From the IMG/VR virus record IMGVR_UViG_3300032092_000009, positions 32,001 to 96,000 of that record: a stretch of 64,000 nucleotides of DNA; one strand, written 5' to 3'. Made by a program: the position numbers and the translations under genes. Origin of the DNA: a virus (taxonomy: Duplodnaviria; Caudoviricetes). This document shows, one piece after another, positions 37,736 to 47,900 of the stretch. The notes under the pieces are model-generated. The model made no database searches. It saw nothing but the letters and a program-made list of their open reading frames with translations, and had not been told where the DNA came from. Numbering within the stretch: position 1 is the first letter of the stretch; each line of letters opens with the position of its first letter.

Positions 37736-38452
37736 ATGATCCCTGTTGAGGAACTCATCTATGAGTTTAAACTAACTTTAAATAAAATCAATCGTCAGGA
37801 TAACATTGATATCCCGATTGAAGATATTATAGTTTACCTCAACAAGGCTCAGATTAGCTGGGTTAAAACAAAGATTAACCCTAACAATGTTTACAAAGTA
37901 GGGTACGATTCGATAAGGAAACGGATTGATGATCTTCAGGTTCTGAAGGAAAGCAATGTTCCCTTAAAGCCAATAAAAACAAACGATCTCTTTCATGTCG
38001 GATATGATTGTCCTTTGAAAGATGCAGCAAACTATATGTTCTACATTTCGTCTTATGCTATGGCTAAAAACGGCACTTGTGTTGAGCCAATAACTGTAGA
38101 CTTAATTAGACATGGAGAACTTACGACTAAGTATCTAGATGGAAATTACAACCCTTCGTTTGAGTGGAGAACAACTATAGCCACACTGGGGAACGATAAT
38201 TTGACTATATATACTGATAGTAAGTTTCAGATTCAAAAAGTGTTTATGACGTACTTACGTTATCCCCTCAATATAGATGTAGAGGGCTACGTTAAGTTTG
38301 ACGGAACAACATCTAAGAATCAAAACTCAGAACTTCCTGAATATGCTAAGTCAGACCTAGTCGATTTAGCTGTGAAGTTCGCTGCTCAATCTACAGATAA
38401 TCAAGCTCAGGCAGTGTTTGCCGAAGATCGTTTAAACAAAAATACTGAATAA
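37736..38452 (+). CDS. Tail ring / head-tail connector protein, 238 aa
   Basis: LNKAQ, KRIDDLQ.L, YLRYP, SELP..VDLAV motifs; synteny with crAss-like ring proteins. Confidence 0.7.
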   Translation: MIPVEELIYEFKLTLNKINRQDNIDIPIEDIIVYLNKAQISWVKTKINPNNVYKVGYDSIRKRIDDLQVLKESNVPLKPIKTNDLFHVGYDCPLKDAANYMFYISSYAMAKNGTCVEPITVDLIRHGELTTKYLDGNYNPSFEWRTTIATLGNDNLTIYTDSKFQIQKVFMTYLRYPLNIDVEGYVKFDGTTSKNQNSELPEYAKSDLVDLAVKFAAQSTDNQAQAVFAEDRLNKNTE

Positions 38453-38463
38453 TATATAAAACT

Positions 38464-39528
38464 ATGAATCACAAGATCACACAAATCTTTGTACCTAACG
38501 CAGTATCTGCTGCTACTAGTACTTTTGCAATGGCTGAAAAGTCTGTTGCTGCTTTTAATGCAGACTTGACTTCCAACTTGGGAGCAACTCCTGCTGTTCC
38601 TGCATCTTTCCAATTGGTTTTCGGAACAGGTACCAACAACAAATACGGTACTTTCAAAACTGGTGTTATCAAGCAAAGCAACATTTTGTCTGTAACTAAG
38701 ACAAATGCTGACTTGACTGTAACTCAGCAAGTTTCTTACATTGGTTGGGATGAAGCTTCTGCTGCTACTCCTGTTTTCAAATGTGACGAAGAGTATGTTG
38801 TTACTTTGAAAATTGACGAGTACTGGAGCAAAGGCATCTATCAACCAATGATCCAAGAGTCAGTAGTAGTTAAGACTGCTTGCTGCTCTGATTGTGGTGG
38901 TGACTGCGATGCTTTGTCTGCAGCTACTTACATGACTGCTATTGTTACCAAGATCAACGCTTCTCCTTTGTTGAGCAAGTATGTAGTTGCTTCTTTGGTA
39001 TCTAGCGGCTCTAACTACGGTGTTAAATTGGTAGGTAAGGCTTTGGATGAATTCGGAAACGCTTGTGTTCCTGATGCAGTTCCTTACGTATTCAACTTGG
39101 TACGTTTCAAGGCTCACGTACATGCTGGTCCTTACAACACTCAAGACTTTGACATCGAAGATTCTTGCGCTGCTTGGACTATCACTTACGCTACTCCTGT
39201 TAAATACCCAGTAGGTGCTAAAGCAGCTATGGCTGAAATGGAGCGTAACTACTTCACTAACAACTTGCCTGCTGTTGCTGAAGCTCGCTACTACTGGAAT
39301 CCTATCTACAACGAGGATGCTAACAAGTTCATGTATGTTCCTACTTACACTGCCGCTACAGGTTTTGAAATGTATGAAATTACTTTCTTGGAAGATTCTC
39401 CAGTAGGTTTCGAGAAGAAGACTCAAAACACTCACTCAGTTATCTTGTTGAGTGAAGAGGGTGGAGCAGGTGAAGCTGCTATCCGTGCTTTGATTAACGC
39501 TTTGACTGGTCAGTCTTTCGTAGACTAA
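38464..39528 (+). CDS. Abundant structural protein, probable auxiliary capsid protein, 354 aa
   Basis: Codon bias like the capsid gene, own terminator, position as for the crAss auxiliary capsid gene; CCSDCGGDC cluster. Confidence 0.65.
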   Translation: MNHKITQIFVPNAVSAATSTFAMAEKSVAAFNADLTSNLGATPAVPASFQLVFGTGTNNKYGTFKTGVIKQSNILSVTKTNADLTVTQQVSYIGWDEASAATPVFKCDEEYVVTLKIDEYWSKGIYQPMIQESVVVKTACCSDCGGDCDALSAATYMTAIVTKINASPLLSKYVVASLVSSGSNYGVKLVGKALDEFGNACVPDAVPYVFNLVRFKAHVHAGPYNTQDFDIEDSCAAWTITYATPVKYPVGAKAAMAEMERNYFTNNLPAVAEARYYWNPIYNEDANKFMYVPTYTAATGFEMYEITFLEDSPVGFEKKTQNTHSVILLSEEGGAGEAAIRALINALTGQSFVD

Positions 39529-39540
39529 TCTAAAGAATAT

Positions 39541-39567
39541 GTGGGGGATTAAGTTCCCCCACTTTTT
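39541..39567 (+). terminator. Intrinsic terminator
   Basis: GTGGGGGA-TTAAGT-TCCCCCAC-TTTTT. Confidence 0.88.
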
Positions 39568-39590
39568 CTAACCTATTAATTTAAATCGAA

Positions 39591-39887
39591 ATGAAAGATA
39601 TCACTCTAAAACCTGGAACATTCAGTGAACCCTTGGAAAATGCTTCTGGCAAAGGTCCTGGGAAATCACTTGTAAAATTCATCCTGAAGGTTTTGTCTAG
39701 TAGCTCTACTTGCTGCGACAAGACTTTTGCTTACGGAACAGTAAACAACTCTACCGTTACTCTTTTGTCTTACACCACTGCAGAATTGACTGCATTGACT
39801 ACTAAGCCAGAAGGTACCTTGGCATACGATACTACTTTGAACAAAGTACACGTATACACTGGTTCTGCTTGGGTAGCTCTCCACTAA
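39591..39887 (+). CDS. Small fibre/decoration-like protein, 98 aa
   Basis: YTTAELTAL..PEGTLAYDTTLNKVHVYTGSAW beta-repeat, also present in the fibre genes at 767 and 2269. Confidence 0.65.
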   Translation: MKDITLKPGTFSEPLENASGKGPGKSLVKFILKVLSSSSTCCDKTFAYGTVNNSTVTLLSYTTAELTALTTKPEGTLAYDTTLNKVHVYTGSAWVALH

Positions 39888-39896
39888 TCACTAAAT

Positions 39897-39927
39897 AAAA
39901 GGGGGAGGTAATACTCCCCTCTTTTTT
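39897..39927 (+). terminator. Intrinsic terminator
   Basis: AAAA-GGGGGAG-GTAATA-CTCCCCTC-TTTTTT. Confidence 0.85.
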
Positions 39928-39934
39928 AAAAACT

Positions 39935-40441
39935 ATGAACGTACAACTCAACTTAGAAGCACTTAAAGCAAAGGATTGCGCTTACTTGTCAATTCTTGAT
40001 ACATCAGTATATCCATTAGCTCCTGATACAGCAGAGATCTCTATCTCAGTACCAGGGTATGACAATCCATTTACCTTCGATTACACTATCGGAGAAGTTA
40101 ATATCTTTAACTCTTACAACTTTGGATTTACTACTTCAGCTACTACTGGCTTTACTGCTCTACCTGATGGCGTTTATACATTAACTATTACTACTTGTCC
40201 TGATACAGGAGTTAACACTCGTTACCACTTGAGGACTTGTAAGATTGATTGTCGTCTAGGCGTACAGTGGGCTAAGTATGTAGACTGCTGTGAAGATGAG
40301 AAGACACTTTATTACTTAGACAAAATTGAGTTTTTGTTGAAGGGAGCTGAGGCACATGCTGACCTTTGCAACCCTGCAAAAGCTACTGAATTATATAAGA
40401 AAGCCGATGACCTACTCAAACGAATTGAGCTTGACTGTTAA
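39935..40441 (+). CDS. Structural protein, tail hub-like, 168 aa
   Basis: LPDGVYTL Ig-like strand followed by a Cys-rich helical C-terminus; synteny. Confidence 0.55.
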   Translation: MNVQLNLEALKAKDCAYLSILDTSVYPLAPDTAEISISVPGYDNPFTFDYTIGEVNIFNSYNFGFTTSATTGFTALPDGVYTLTITTCPDTGVNTRYHLRTCKIDCRLGVQWAKYVDCCEDEKTLYYLDKIEFLLKGAEAHADLCNPAKATELYKKADDLLKRIELDC

Positions 40442-40595
40442 GAAAAAACTTGCTAATGCTGCTTACAAAGAACTACAGCATATCAAGTACTTAACAAAAC
40501 CCTATTACAAAAAGTCTAGAGCATTAGCACGCTTCCTTAAGTATGCTGATTGTCTAGATTGCGACACACAAGCAACCTTGAAAATTAAACTTTAA
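40407..40595 (+). CDS. Small basic protein with CxxC, ~62 aa
   Basis: In-frame ATG 40407 (exact start uncertain); fills the gap up to 40600. Confidence 0.5.
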   Translation: MTYSNELSLTVKKKLANAAYKELQHIKYLTKPYYKKSRALARFLKYADCLDCDTQATLKIKL

Positions 40596-40599
40596 AACA

Positions 40600-41124
40600 A
40601 TGACTAACTGCTGCCCCAATAACAACTGCGTAGAAATCGTTCCTTCTGGGTGCGTAAAGTATACAGGTACTCCTACTACAGGAGGTCTGATTGATTCCTT
40701 TAATTCTTGTGACCCTTATCTGAATGACTTGCTTAAGTTGTTGGATGATAATGTTACTACACTTGATGCACGAGTAGGTTTAGATAAAACTACTTTTGAT
40801 GCAGCTAATACTGCTTGTGGTACTACTCCAGTAATTTCAATGACAGGAGTAACAGTTAAGGATGACAAATACTACTCTGCTGATGTAGTTATTAAGTTGG
40901 TAGGAGTTATTTGTGAATTGCGTTCTCGTCTTAACTATCTTACTACAGAAGACATTAACTCTAATCTAGGTAATCTTCACTGGGAAGACTTGCCTTTGAG
41001 TCCCTCTTTTAAAGCTTGGTTGACAGACAAATGTCTTGGAGATGATCCATGTGGTACAGGTGCTCCTACTACATTGGGTGGATTATTGAGAGCTATCATT
41101 ACTAAACTTTGTACTTGCTGCTAA
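40600..41124 (+). CDS. Cys-rich structural protein, 174 aa
   Basis: CC..C..GCVKYTG N-terminus, ends KLCTCC. Confidence 0.7.
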   Translation: MTNCCPNNNCVEIVPSGCVKYTGTPTTGGLIDSFNSCDPYLNDLLKLLDDNVTTLDARVGLDKTTFDAANTACGTTPVISMTGVTVKDDKYYSADVVIKLVGVICELRSRLNYLTTEDINSNLGNLHWEDLPLSPSFKAWLTDKCLGDDPCGTGAPTTLGGLLRAIITKLCTCC

Positions 41125-41126
41125 TT

Positions 41127-42803
41127 ATGTCTACTTGTCTTGATTGTTTCGGAACATATACAAACACTCCCTGCGATTCAGTAGGGTGTTTGTCAACTAA
41201 CTACGGTAAGTGTATTACTTACTCTGGTTTGCCCTTAGCCTGTGGAACAGGTGCTATTTCAACTGTTAGCAAAGCAGGTTTAGCATTAAGCCCTACTGTA
41301 ATAACTGAGTATACCGTTTCTCCTACAGGAGGATCAGGTTCAGGAGCTTCTGTAAAAGTTACACGTACTCCTGGCTCTAACGCTTACACAGTAACTCTTC
41401 TTAACGGAGGTTCAGGTTATACAGTAGGTAACTTCCTCACTGTATTGGGAACTTCTTTGGGTGGAGCGACTCCTGCAAATGATTTGACATTGCAAGTAAC
41501 AACTCTTGCAGCTATTATCAATACTGGAGCTAACTTAGACGTTGTAGTATCAAATCTACACCAACGTATCTGTAACCTTACAGCATCAGGTTTAGATTAC
41601 TCTGCATACTCATACAGTTGTTTGAGAGTAGGTGGAGCATTGACAGGTATTGGTACACCCATTACAACTGCTCAACAATTTGTAGAATCTACTGCAAGTG
41701 CTTTGTGTTCTTTGAATACTCGTACTCTTGCTTTAGAGACTCCTACCTTTACAGTTCCTGGTTGTATCTCTTTGACTTCTGGAGTATCTACTCTTAGTCA
41801 GATCTTGACTGCATACGGATCTAAAATCTGTACTATCAATACAAGTGTTGATATGACTGGGGTTTTGGGTAATCCTTGTATTGCTTTTGCATTCTCTACT
41901 AAGCCTACTTCTACTGTAGTTTCTGATTACTTTAACTGGGTAACTAGTAACATGTGCTCAATGTACCAAGATCTTTCAAGTGACTTGGTTACTACAGGCG
42001 CAACTGTAGCTAGTTTGAAAACTTACGTAGCAGGTGTAGGATCTATTCCTGCATCTATTAATACTTCTTGTATCCCTGGTGGTTCTAGCACAAGTACTTT
42101 GAGTGCAGCAGCTATCTTGTTTACTAGTCAGATCTGTGCTATCAACACGGCATTGGCTTCTATTCCAGCTACTAACTACGCTTTGACTTGGGCTACTAAC
42201 TTTGGCTCTACTGCTTACTATGGTTATACTTTTAACTATACTAACACAAGTACTACTCTCCAAACACAATTGGATCGTGTAGTAGCTACTTTGGGTAGAA
42301 TGAAGCTTAAGTTGAATCCTGCTCACTTTACTGCTACTAGTGATTCAGATGGTCTTAATATTTCTCTAGTTAGTACAGGTGGTGGCGCTACCCCAAGTTT
42401 TGTAAACTTGACAGCTGGCACTCTTACTAACGCTGTAGTAGTTTCTTCTGCAAGATTCCCTATTGGTAGTTTGCCTAAACTTCAGAAGTATGGTAACGTT
42501 GTTACTATCATTGGAAGTTTGGCTGTAAATGCTACTGGTTCATTTACTTGGACTCACGGACAATCTTTAACTATTGCAAACATTCCTGCAGGTTATGCTC
42601 CTCTCTATACTCAAGTGTTCGATGTATTGATTCTTAAGTATGCTACAACTTCTGGTACTCCATCTACGGCTGTATACCATGGTGCATGCTATTTGAACGG
42701 TACTGATCTTGTTGTAGAGTTGAATAACCCAGCAGCTTCAGTGACATTATCTGGTACAGAATCCCTCGAAATTTTTGTCGGAGGAAGATCGTACGCAGTT
42801 TAA
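41127..42803 (+). CDS. Cys-containing fibre-like protein, 558 aa
   Basis: ATG 41127; C..C..C..GKCITYSG start, NGGSGYTVG..GG..PANDL module, repeated (I/L)C.(I/L)N coiled segments, C-terminal KYGNVVTI.G..IPAGYAP receptor-binding-like domain. Confidence 0.7.
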   Translation: MSTCLDCFGTYTNTPCDSVGCLSTNYGKCITYSGLPLACGTGAISTVSKAGLALSPTVITEYTVSPTGGSGSGASVKVTRTPGSNAYTVTLLNGGSGYTVGNFLTVLGTSLGGATPANDLTLQVTTLAAIINTGANLDVVVSNLHQRICNLTASGLDYSAYSYSCLRVGGALTGIGTPITTAQQFVESTASALCSLNTRTLALETPTFTVPGCISLTSGVSTLSQILTAYGSKICTINTSVDMTGVLGNPCIAFAFSTKPTSTVVSDYFNWVTSNMCSMYQDLSSDLVTTGATVASLKTYVAGVGSIPASINTSCIPGGSSTSTLSAAAILFTSQICAINTALASIPATNYALTWATNFGSTAYYGYTFNYTNTSTTLQTQLDRVVATLGRMKLKLNPAHFTATSDSDGLNISLVSTGGGATPSFVNLTAGTLTNAVVVSSARFPIGSLPKLQKYGNVVTIIGSLAVNATGSFTWTHGQSLTIANIPAGYAPLYTQVFDVLILKYATTSGTPSTAVYHGACYLNGTDLVVELNNPAASVTLSGTESLEIFVGGRSYAV

Positions 42804-42854
42804 TATAAATCTTGACAGGGTTTTTTTGGTTGGTTTTCCTGTCATCTTGCTAGT

Positions 42855-42888
42855 AGGAGCCTGCGAAAGTGGGCTCTTCTAGTTCTTA
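42855..42888 (+). terminator. Hairpin / terminator
   Basis: AGGAGCCTGC-GAAA-GTGGGCTCTT; a second stem TGACAGG/CCTGTCA lies at 42813-42844. Confidence 0.65.
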
Positions 42889-42896
42889 AATAACAC

Positions 42897-42927
42897 TTGA
42901 CTTAACTTTAAAATTAAATTATATTTG
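42897..42927 (+). promoter_or_regulatory. Bacteroidota-type promoter
   Basis: TTG 42897-42899, N20, TATATTTG 42920-42927. Confidence 0.7.
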
Positions 42928-42963
42928 TATTAGACCTTAAATTGACCCAAACTATATTCTGAC

Positions 42964-43605
42964 ATGTACACGAATTCGGATTTAATTGCCAGAGTCAAAA
43001 GCGCTAACAAGTTTGTTAGTGATGATGACATGATTAGTGATCGTTATATATACGGGTTACTTAAGACTAAAGCTTCTACATTATTGAGAAGAGAGATTAA
43101 CCTAAGAAGGTTGCTTACTTCAGATAATGTTTACCAAGCTTATGAATGCGTACATCTAATCGAAGCTCCTGGTTCAGAGTGTGATTTGAAATGCCCTATA
43201 CGTAGAACTAAAAACAAACTACCTAAAATTGATGAGGGCTTGTATTCTTACTTTATCCAGGGTGTGTTCAACACTTCTAACTCGGAGGAACTTTTTCCTA
43301 CTACTATTAGAGATTTTATTAATCACAGCTCTTTACGTTTTAAGACCCCTAAAAAATACTATACTATCCGCAATGGATACCTTTATGTTTTAGATCCTGA
43401 TGTAGAGTGTGTGAATATGTATGCTTACTTTACAGAGTCTATCGAAGACTTAGACGGTAGTCAGTGTATGAGCATGTACGATAAACAGTTTAAGTTTCCT
43501 GGATACTTAACTGATACATTGATCGAGATGTGCAATCAGTCGCTTATCAACTATCATAAATTACCTTATGAGACAGAGGATAACAACAGAGACGAACCCA
43601 ACTAA
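42964..43605 (+). CDS. Tail ring protein, 213 aa
   Basis: SDD..ISDR.I, RT..KLP, Y..RNGYLYV, D..NN motifs; crAss-like synteny. Confidence 0.65.
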   Translation: MYTNSDLIARVKSANKFVSDDDMISDRYIYGLLKTKASTLLRREINLRRLLTSDNVYQAYECVHLIEAPGSECDLKCPIRRTKNKLPKIDEGLYSYFIQGVFNTSNSEELFPTTIRDFINHSSLRFKTPKKYYTIRNGYLYVLDPDVECVNMYAYFTESIEDLDGSQCMSMYDKQFKFPGYLTDTLIEMCNQSLINYHKLPYETEDNNRDEPN

Positions 43606-43607
43606 TT

Positions 43608-44111
43608 ATGTCGAAAGACTTTATAAAACCAAACAAACAAACCTACGTTAGACTGAAAGAAAGAGACACTAGTTCTGATACTAATTATCTCAGTCTTAAA
43701 GCCTATCATCTGTTCTTAAAAGAAACTAAACGTAAAGACATTACCTATAAGCAGTTTTGTGGTGTTCCTAAAAAGATCCACTTAAAACTTATGGAGAGGT
43801 TGTTACGAGGAAGATACTCTCTGAGGTTCCCAAACTTCGGATCAATTAAAATTGTAAAAACTGAAAATGCACTTAAAGAAGGTAAACATACAATTATTAA
43901 TTGGAAATACTATAAAGAAACAGGTATCAAAGTGCCTTATAGAAACTCACATACCGATGGTGCCATCTATAAGTTTCACTTGTATCCATATTCTAAACGA
44001 GTAGCACAATTTGGTTTCTATGACTTACGAATGTCTAACAGACATAAGAAAGCCTTAGCAGACGCAATTAATAATAACAAGATAAACATTTCACCACCTC
44101 CCCAATACTAA
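43608..44111 (+). CDS. IHF/HU-like protein, 167 aa
   Basis: Basic; LRFPNFGSIKI, INWK, N.HTDG..Y, KKALA..I motifs; position as in crAss-like phages. Confidence 0.7.
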   Translation: MSKDFIKPNKQTYVRLKERDTSSDTNYLSLKAYHLFLKETKRKDITYKQFCGVPKKIHLKLMERLLRGRYSLRFPNFGSIKIVKTENALKEGKHTIINWKYYKETGIKVPYRNSHTDGAIYKFHLYPYSKRVAQFGFYDLRMSNRHKKALADAINNNKINISPPPQY

Positions 44112-44115
44112 AAAA

Positions 44116-44958
44116 ATGAAATACGATAACACTAACTTTATTTCTTCTGAACCTCTAGTTGCTGAAGTTAAGCAGGAGCTTAAGTCGTACTTTGAAGCTG
44201 GTGCTATCAGTGAGGTTTTGATTCCCACTATTATAGATCAGGCACTCCGTAAACTTAGAGTTATGGTACTTAAGCCTGAAGAAGCTGTACTTACATTCTC
44301 TGGATATAAATCTGAATTACCTTGTGACTTTGCTTTACTTGATCATGCTTTGTTGTATGATGCAGATGTAGAGTGGTATGCAGGAGTTAATTCTATGAGA
44401 GGGTACTGGTGGCAAAACCTCGAATGCACAGGAGGTTGTGATGGAGGAGATTGCGTTAAGCAAGAAAACTACTACGAAACTATCAGTGTACCTACTCCTG
44501 GATTTAAACTTACAATGAAGCACCCTAAAATGCTTCGTGTTTACCATGGCTCTAAAGCTTTGTGTACAGAAGGATGTGAGAACTTAAGTGTTTCCTCTCC
44601 TGATGTTTTACAAATTTTCCCGAATAAAAGCATTACTGCTACGTTTGAAACAGGCTGTGTTTACCTTAGATATTACTCACGTCCAATGGACGATGATAAC
44701 TTACCTATGGTGCCAGAAATTCTTGAGGTTGAAGAGTATGTCAAGTCTTATCTTAAGTTTAAATTTTTTGAGCAGCTTTGGCATTCAGTAGTTGACGAAA
44801 GTCAACGTCAAGTAGAAGCCAAGTTTCAATACTACAGACAAGATCAATTGAATAAACTACAAGCTGCTAATGGATTCTTGTTGACGTACACTAAGCAACA
44901 GATGGCAGATAACGTAGCTAGAACCAGAACTCGCTTTAATAAGTTCTACATCTCCTAA
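44116..44958 (+). CDS. Tail tubular / ring protein, 280 aa
   Basis: ELPCDF, FETG.V.L.Y....D...LP.VP motifs; precedes the muzzle gene. Confidence 0.7.
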   Translation: MKYDNTNFISSEPLVAEVKQELKSYFEAGAISEVLIPTIIDQALRKLRVMVLKPEEAVLTFSGYKSELPCDFALLDHALLYDADVEWYAGVNSMRGYWWQNLECTGGCDGGDCVKQENYYETISVPTPGFKLTMKHPKMLRVYHGSKALCTEGCENLSVSSPDVLQIFPNKSITATFETGCVYLRYYSRPMDDDNLPMVPEILEVEEYVKSYLKFKFFEQLWHSVVDESQRQVEAKFQYYRQDQLNKLQAANGFLLTYTKQQMADNVARTRTRFNKFYIS

Positions 44959-44963
44959 TTTTA

Positions 44964-47900
44964 ATGCAAAACAAAATCAATCAGAACACGGCAGGTTTAA
45001 ACCTTGATTCGGTTAATTACCAGATCAAGGAGAACATGATTACGTATGCCTTGAATGCAAACGTGCAGTCTCATGATGGTAACTCAACCACATATACTAA
45101 CGAGCCTTCAAACCAAATCTGTTATGATTTTAGTTTAACTTATCCTGGATTTAAAATACTTAATGTTTTAAGTATTACAGAACAGTCTAAGTTAATTGTT
45201 TTCTTAGCTCATCCAGATGGCAGATCGCTTATTGGAGAGTTAACTAATTTAAATAAAGATTGTACTACACTAACAGAAACAGAAACAGATTGTGGTTGTA
45301 TCTCTGGAACAGTAGTAACTAACGTAGTGAATAGTGCAACAGGTTGTTGCACTTTTACCCCATTAATTGTAGATAACTGTTGTGATTGTACAGATTGCTA
45401 CAGATACTCTGCTCAATCAATAAACAATACTCCTTACTCTATAACTTACGTAAATTGTAACGGAGTAGAAGTAACAGATACTTTTCCTTCAGGTATAGGA
45501 ACATTTACTGCTAGAAAGAACAAATATATTCTTCCTTCAGATGTTGAGATACTTGATAGCAATCTAGAGTCTCAGGGACAGTGTGTTCCTAAAACTTCTG
45601 ACTGCTGTCTAAAATTGTCTACAGATTTTCCTGTGTACTCTGAGTACAGAATTGATAACTGTGAAACAAAGGTTTACTTTATTGCAAGAAATATACAACC
45701 TCGTTACTTCTCTTTAGAAGAACCTTTGGGTCGTGATCAATGTGGAGATGCCCTTGACTGTCTTACAGACGCTTGTGAGCGCTTAAAACTATTCCCTGAC
45801 TTTTGCCAAGCAGATATCTATCCAACAGCAATTGACTCAGGTGGAAGACTTAAGGGAGGTGTATACTCTTTCTCAGTGGCTTATGCAGATGAGAATGGAA
45901 AAGAACTTACAGATTACGTAGACTTCAGTAATCCTATTGCAATCTTTGAGCGAGCTATTACTGAACAAACAGAGTACGAAACCTCTAAGTCTATCAGAGT
46001 ATCAATAGATCACAGTACTACAATCTTTGATTACTTTAATCTAGTTGTAGCAGAAAATATAAATGAAGTAACTACATACCAACTGGTAGGTACTTACAGA
46101 GTAAATCAATCTACTTATAGAGACTCTTTAGTTTACACTGGAGATTACTCTTCTACTTTCTCTTCTATTGTCCCTCTCATCCGCAGTCCTCACTACGAGA
46201 CAGCAGAGATTATTGAGAAACAGAATGACATCTTGATGTTGGCTGATTTGGTAGAGACTCCTAAGTATAACTTTCAATTACTTGCTAATAAGATTAAACT
46301 TCGCTGGGAAACTGTAAAGATGCCAGTTGATAATAAGTTTGATTACTCTAATCCAGAAATCGCTTACTTCTTTAGAACTTATCAGAGGGATGAAGTTTAT
46401 CCTTTTGGTATTAAGTTTAAACTAAAGAACGGTAAGTATACAGATGTATTTCATATTCCAGGTAGAGAAGTATTTCCAAACTCAGATGAGAGATCACTTA
46501 TCTATCATGATAGTAACCCAGATGCATTTGGTACAGTTAACGATTGTATAGTTACAGACAGAGAAGAGAAATGGAAAGTATATAACACAGCTACAACTGG
46601 TATTACTCCTCCTAACAATACCCCTTCTTTACAAGAAGCTCAATACTCTTGTAAGATTACAGTAGAAACTGGTGGGGAATTTGCTTACTGGGAATCTACT
46701 GAAACTTATCCTTGTTATGAAGAAGTGTGGGGAGCCTTAGCAGGTCAACCTATTCGTCACCACAAGTTCCCAGAGAATGCTAAGTCACATATCCACGCAG
46801 ATGGGGATGACTTTATCTATCCTATCGGAGTACGTCTCTGGAGTGAAAGTTTGTTTGCATCTATCCTAGATACAGAAACAGTATACGATCCTTTGAATAC
46901 TTATGGTAATCATCAGATACCTGTTAAAGAGTTGATCTGTGGTTATGAGTTAGTAAGAGGTAATCGTGTAAACAATAAATCAGTAGTAGCTAAAGGACTT
47001 GTTTACGATGTAGGATCTTTCAGAGATGTTAAGTCAGGTAGAGAATTCTATTATCCTAACTATCCTTATAACTCCTTGGAGGATGACGCTTACATCAAAT
47101 CTACTCCAGACTGGTATAACAAAGCTGATAGAGGATTAGAAGAATCTAATGCTGATTTTAGTTCTGGACTACGTCTTCATAAAGGTTTTAATGTTATTGG
47201 TTCTCGCTATACATTTCATTCTCCTGATACACACTTCCAGTATCCTAAGATTGGTACAGAACTTAAGCTAGAGACTGTAGAGTACGGTAAAGTACAGGGT
47301 AAGTTTGTTCCTGTATTAGATCATCCACAGTATAAGTTTTTGACAACTGCAGACTATGCGGTTACTGCAGTATTAGCAGATGCTTTATCTTTAGCTTTTG
47401 AATCAGAACTTACAACTACTCCTACTCCAGGGGCTGCAACTAGGTGGAAAGCAGATGCTCTAGCTATACTTACAAATAACCAGATATTTATAGATCTACT
47501 TGAGAAGTTAATTCCTAATACAAACTTTGCTTATCAGTTTAACTCAGTAGGAGAGTACAAAAGATTCCTTCCTATTACAACTATAGGCAACAGAAGAAGA
47601 TTCTTAGATATTGGTTTATATGCTAACGACAAGATTGTAGAACTGAATGACGACAAGCCTCTTCATAATAGACTAAGAGAAACTTCAGTTTATCTTAAGA
47701 CTAGTGGATCATTCTCTACAGAATATGCTAGTATTGTAGATAATAGTCGTTACACAATAGGACAAAAGAATCTACAAAACAATCCAGAACAGATTGTTGA
47801 GAGCGATACAAGAGCATACTACGCTTCTGTTAAGAGAAACTTTCCTAATCAGTATGGACAGATTGAAAATATTACTTATGTTTCTACTGGCTACTCTTGT

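Noticed and set aside
35240-39435. Long antisense ORFs over capsid and auxiliary capsid genes (130, 192, 149, 191 aa)
   Set aside because: Expected shadows of strong codon bias; no leaders, promoters or protein-like composition.
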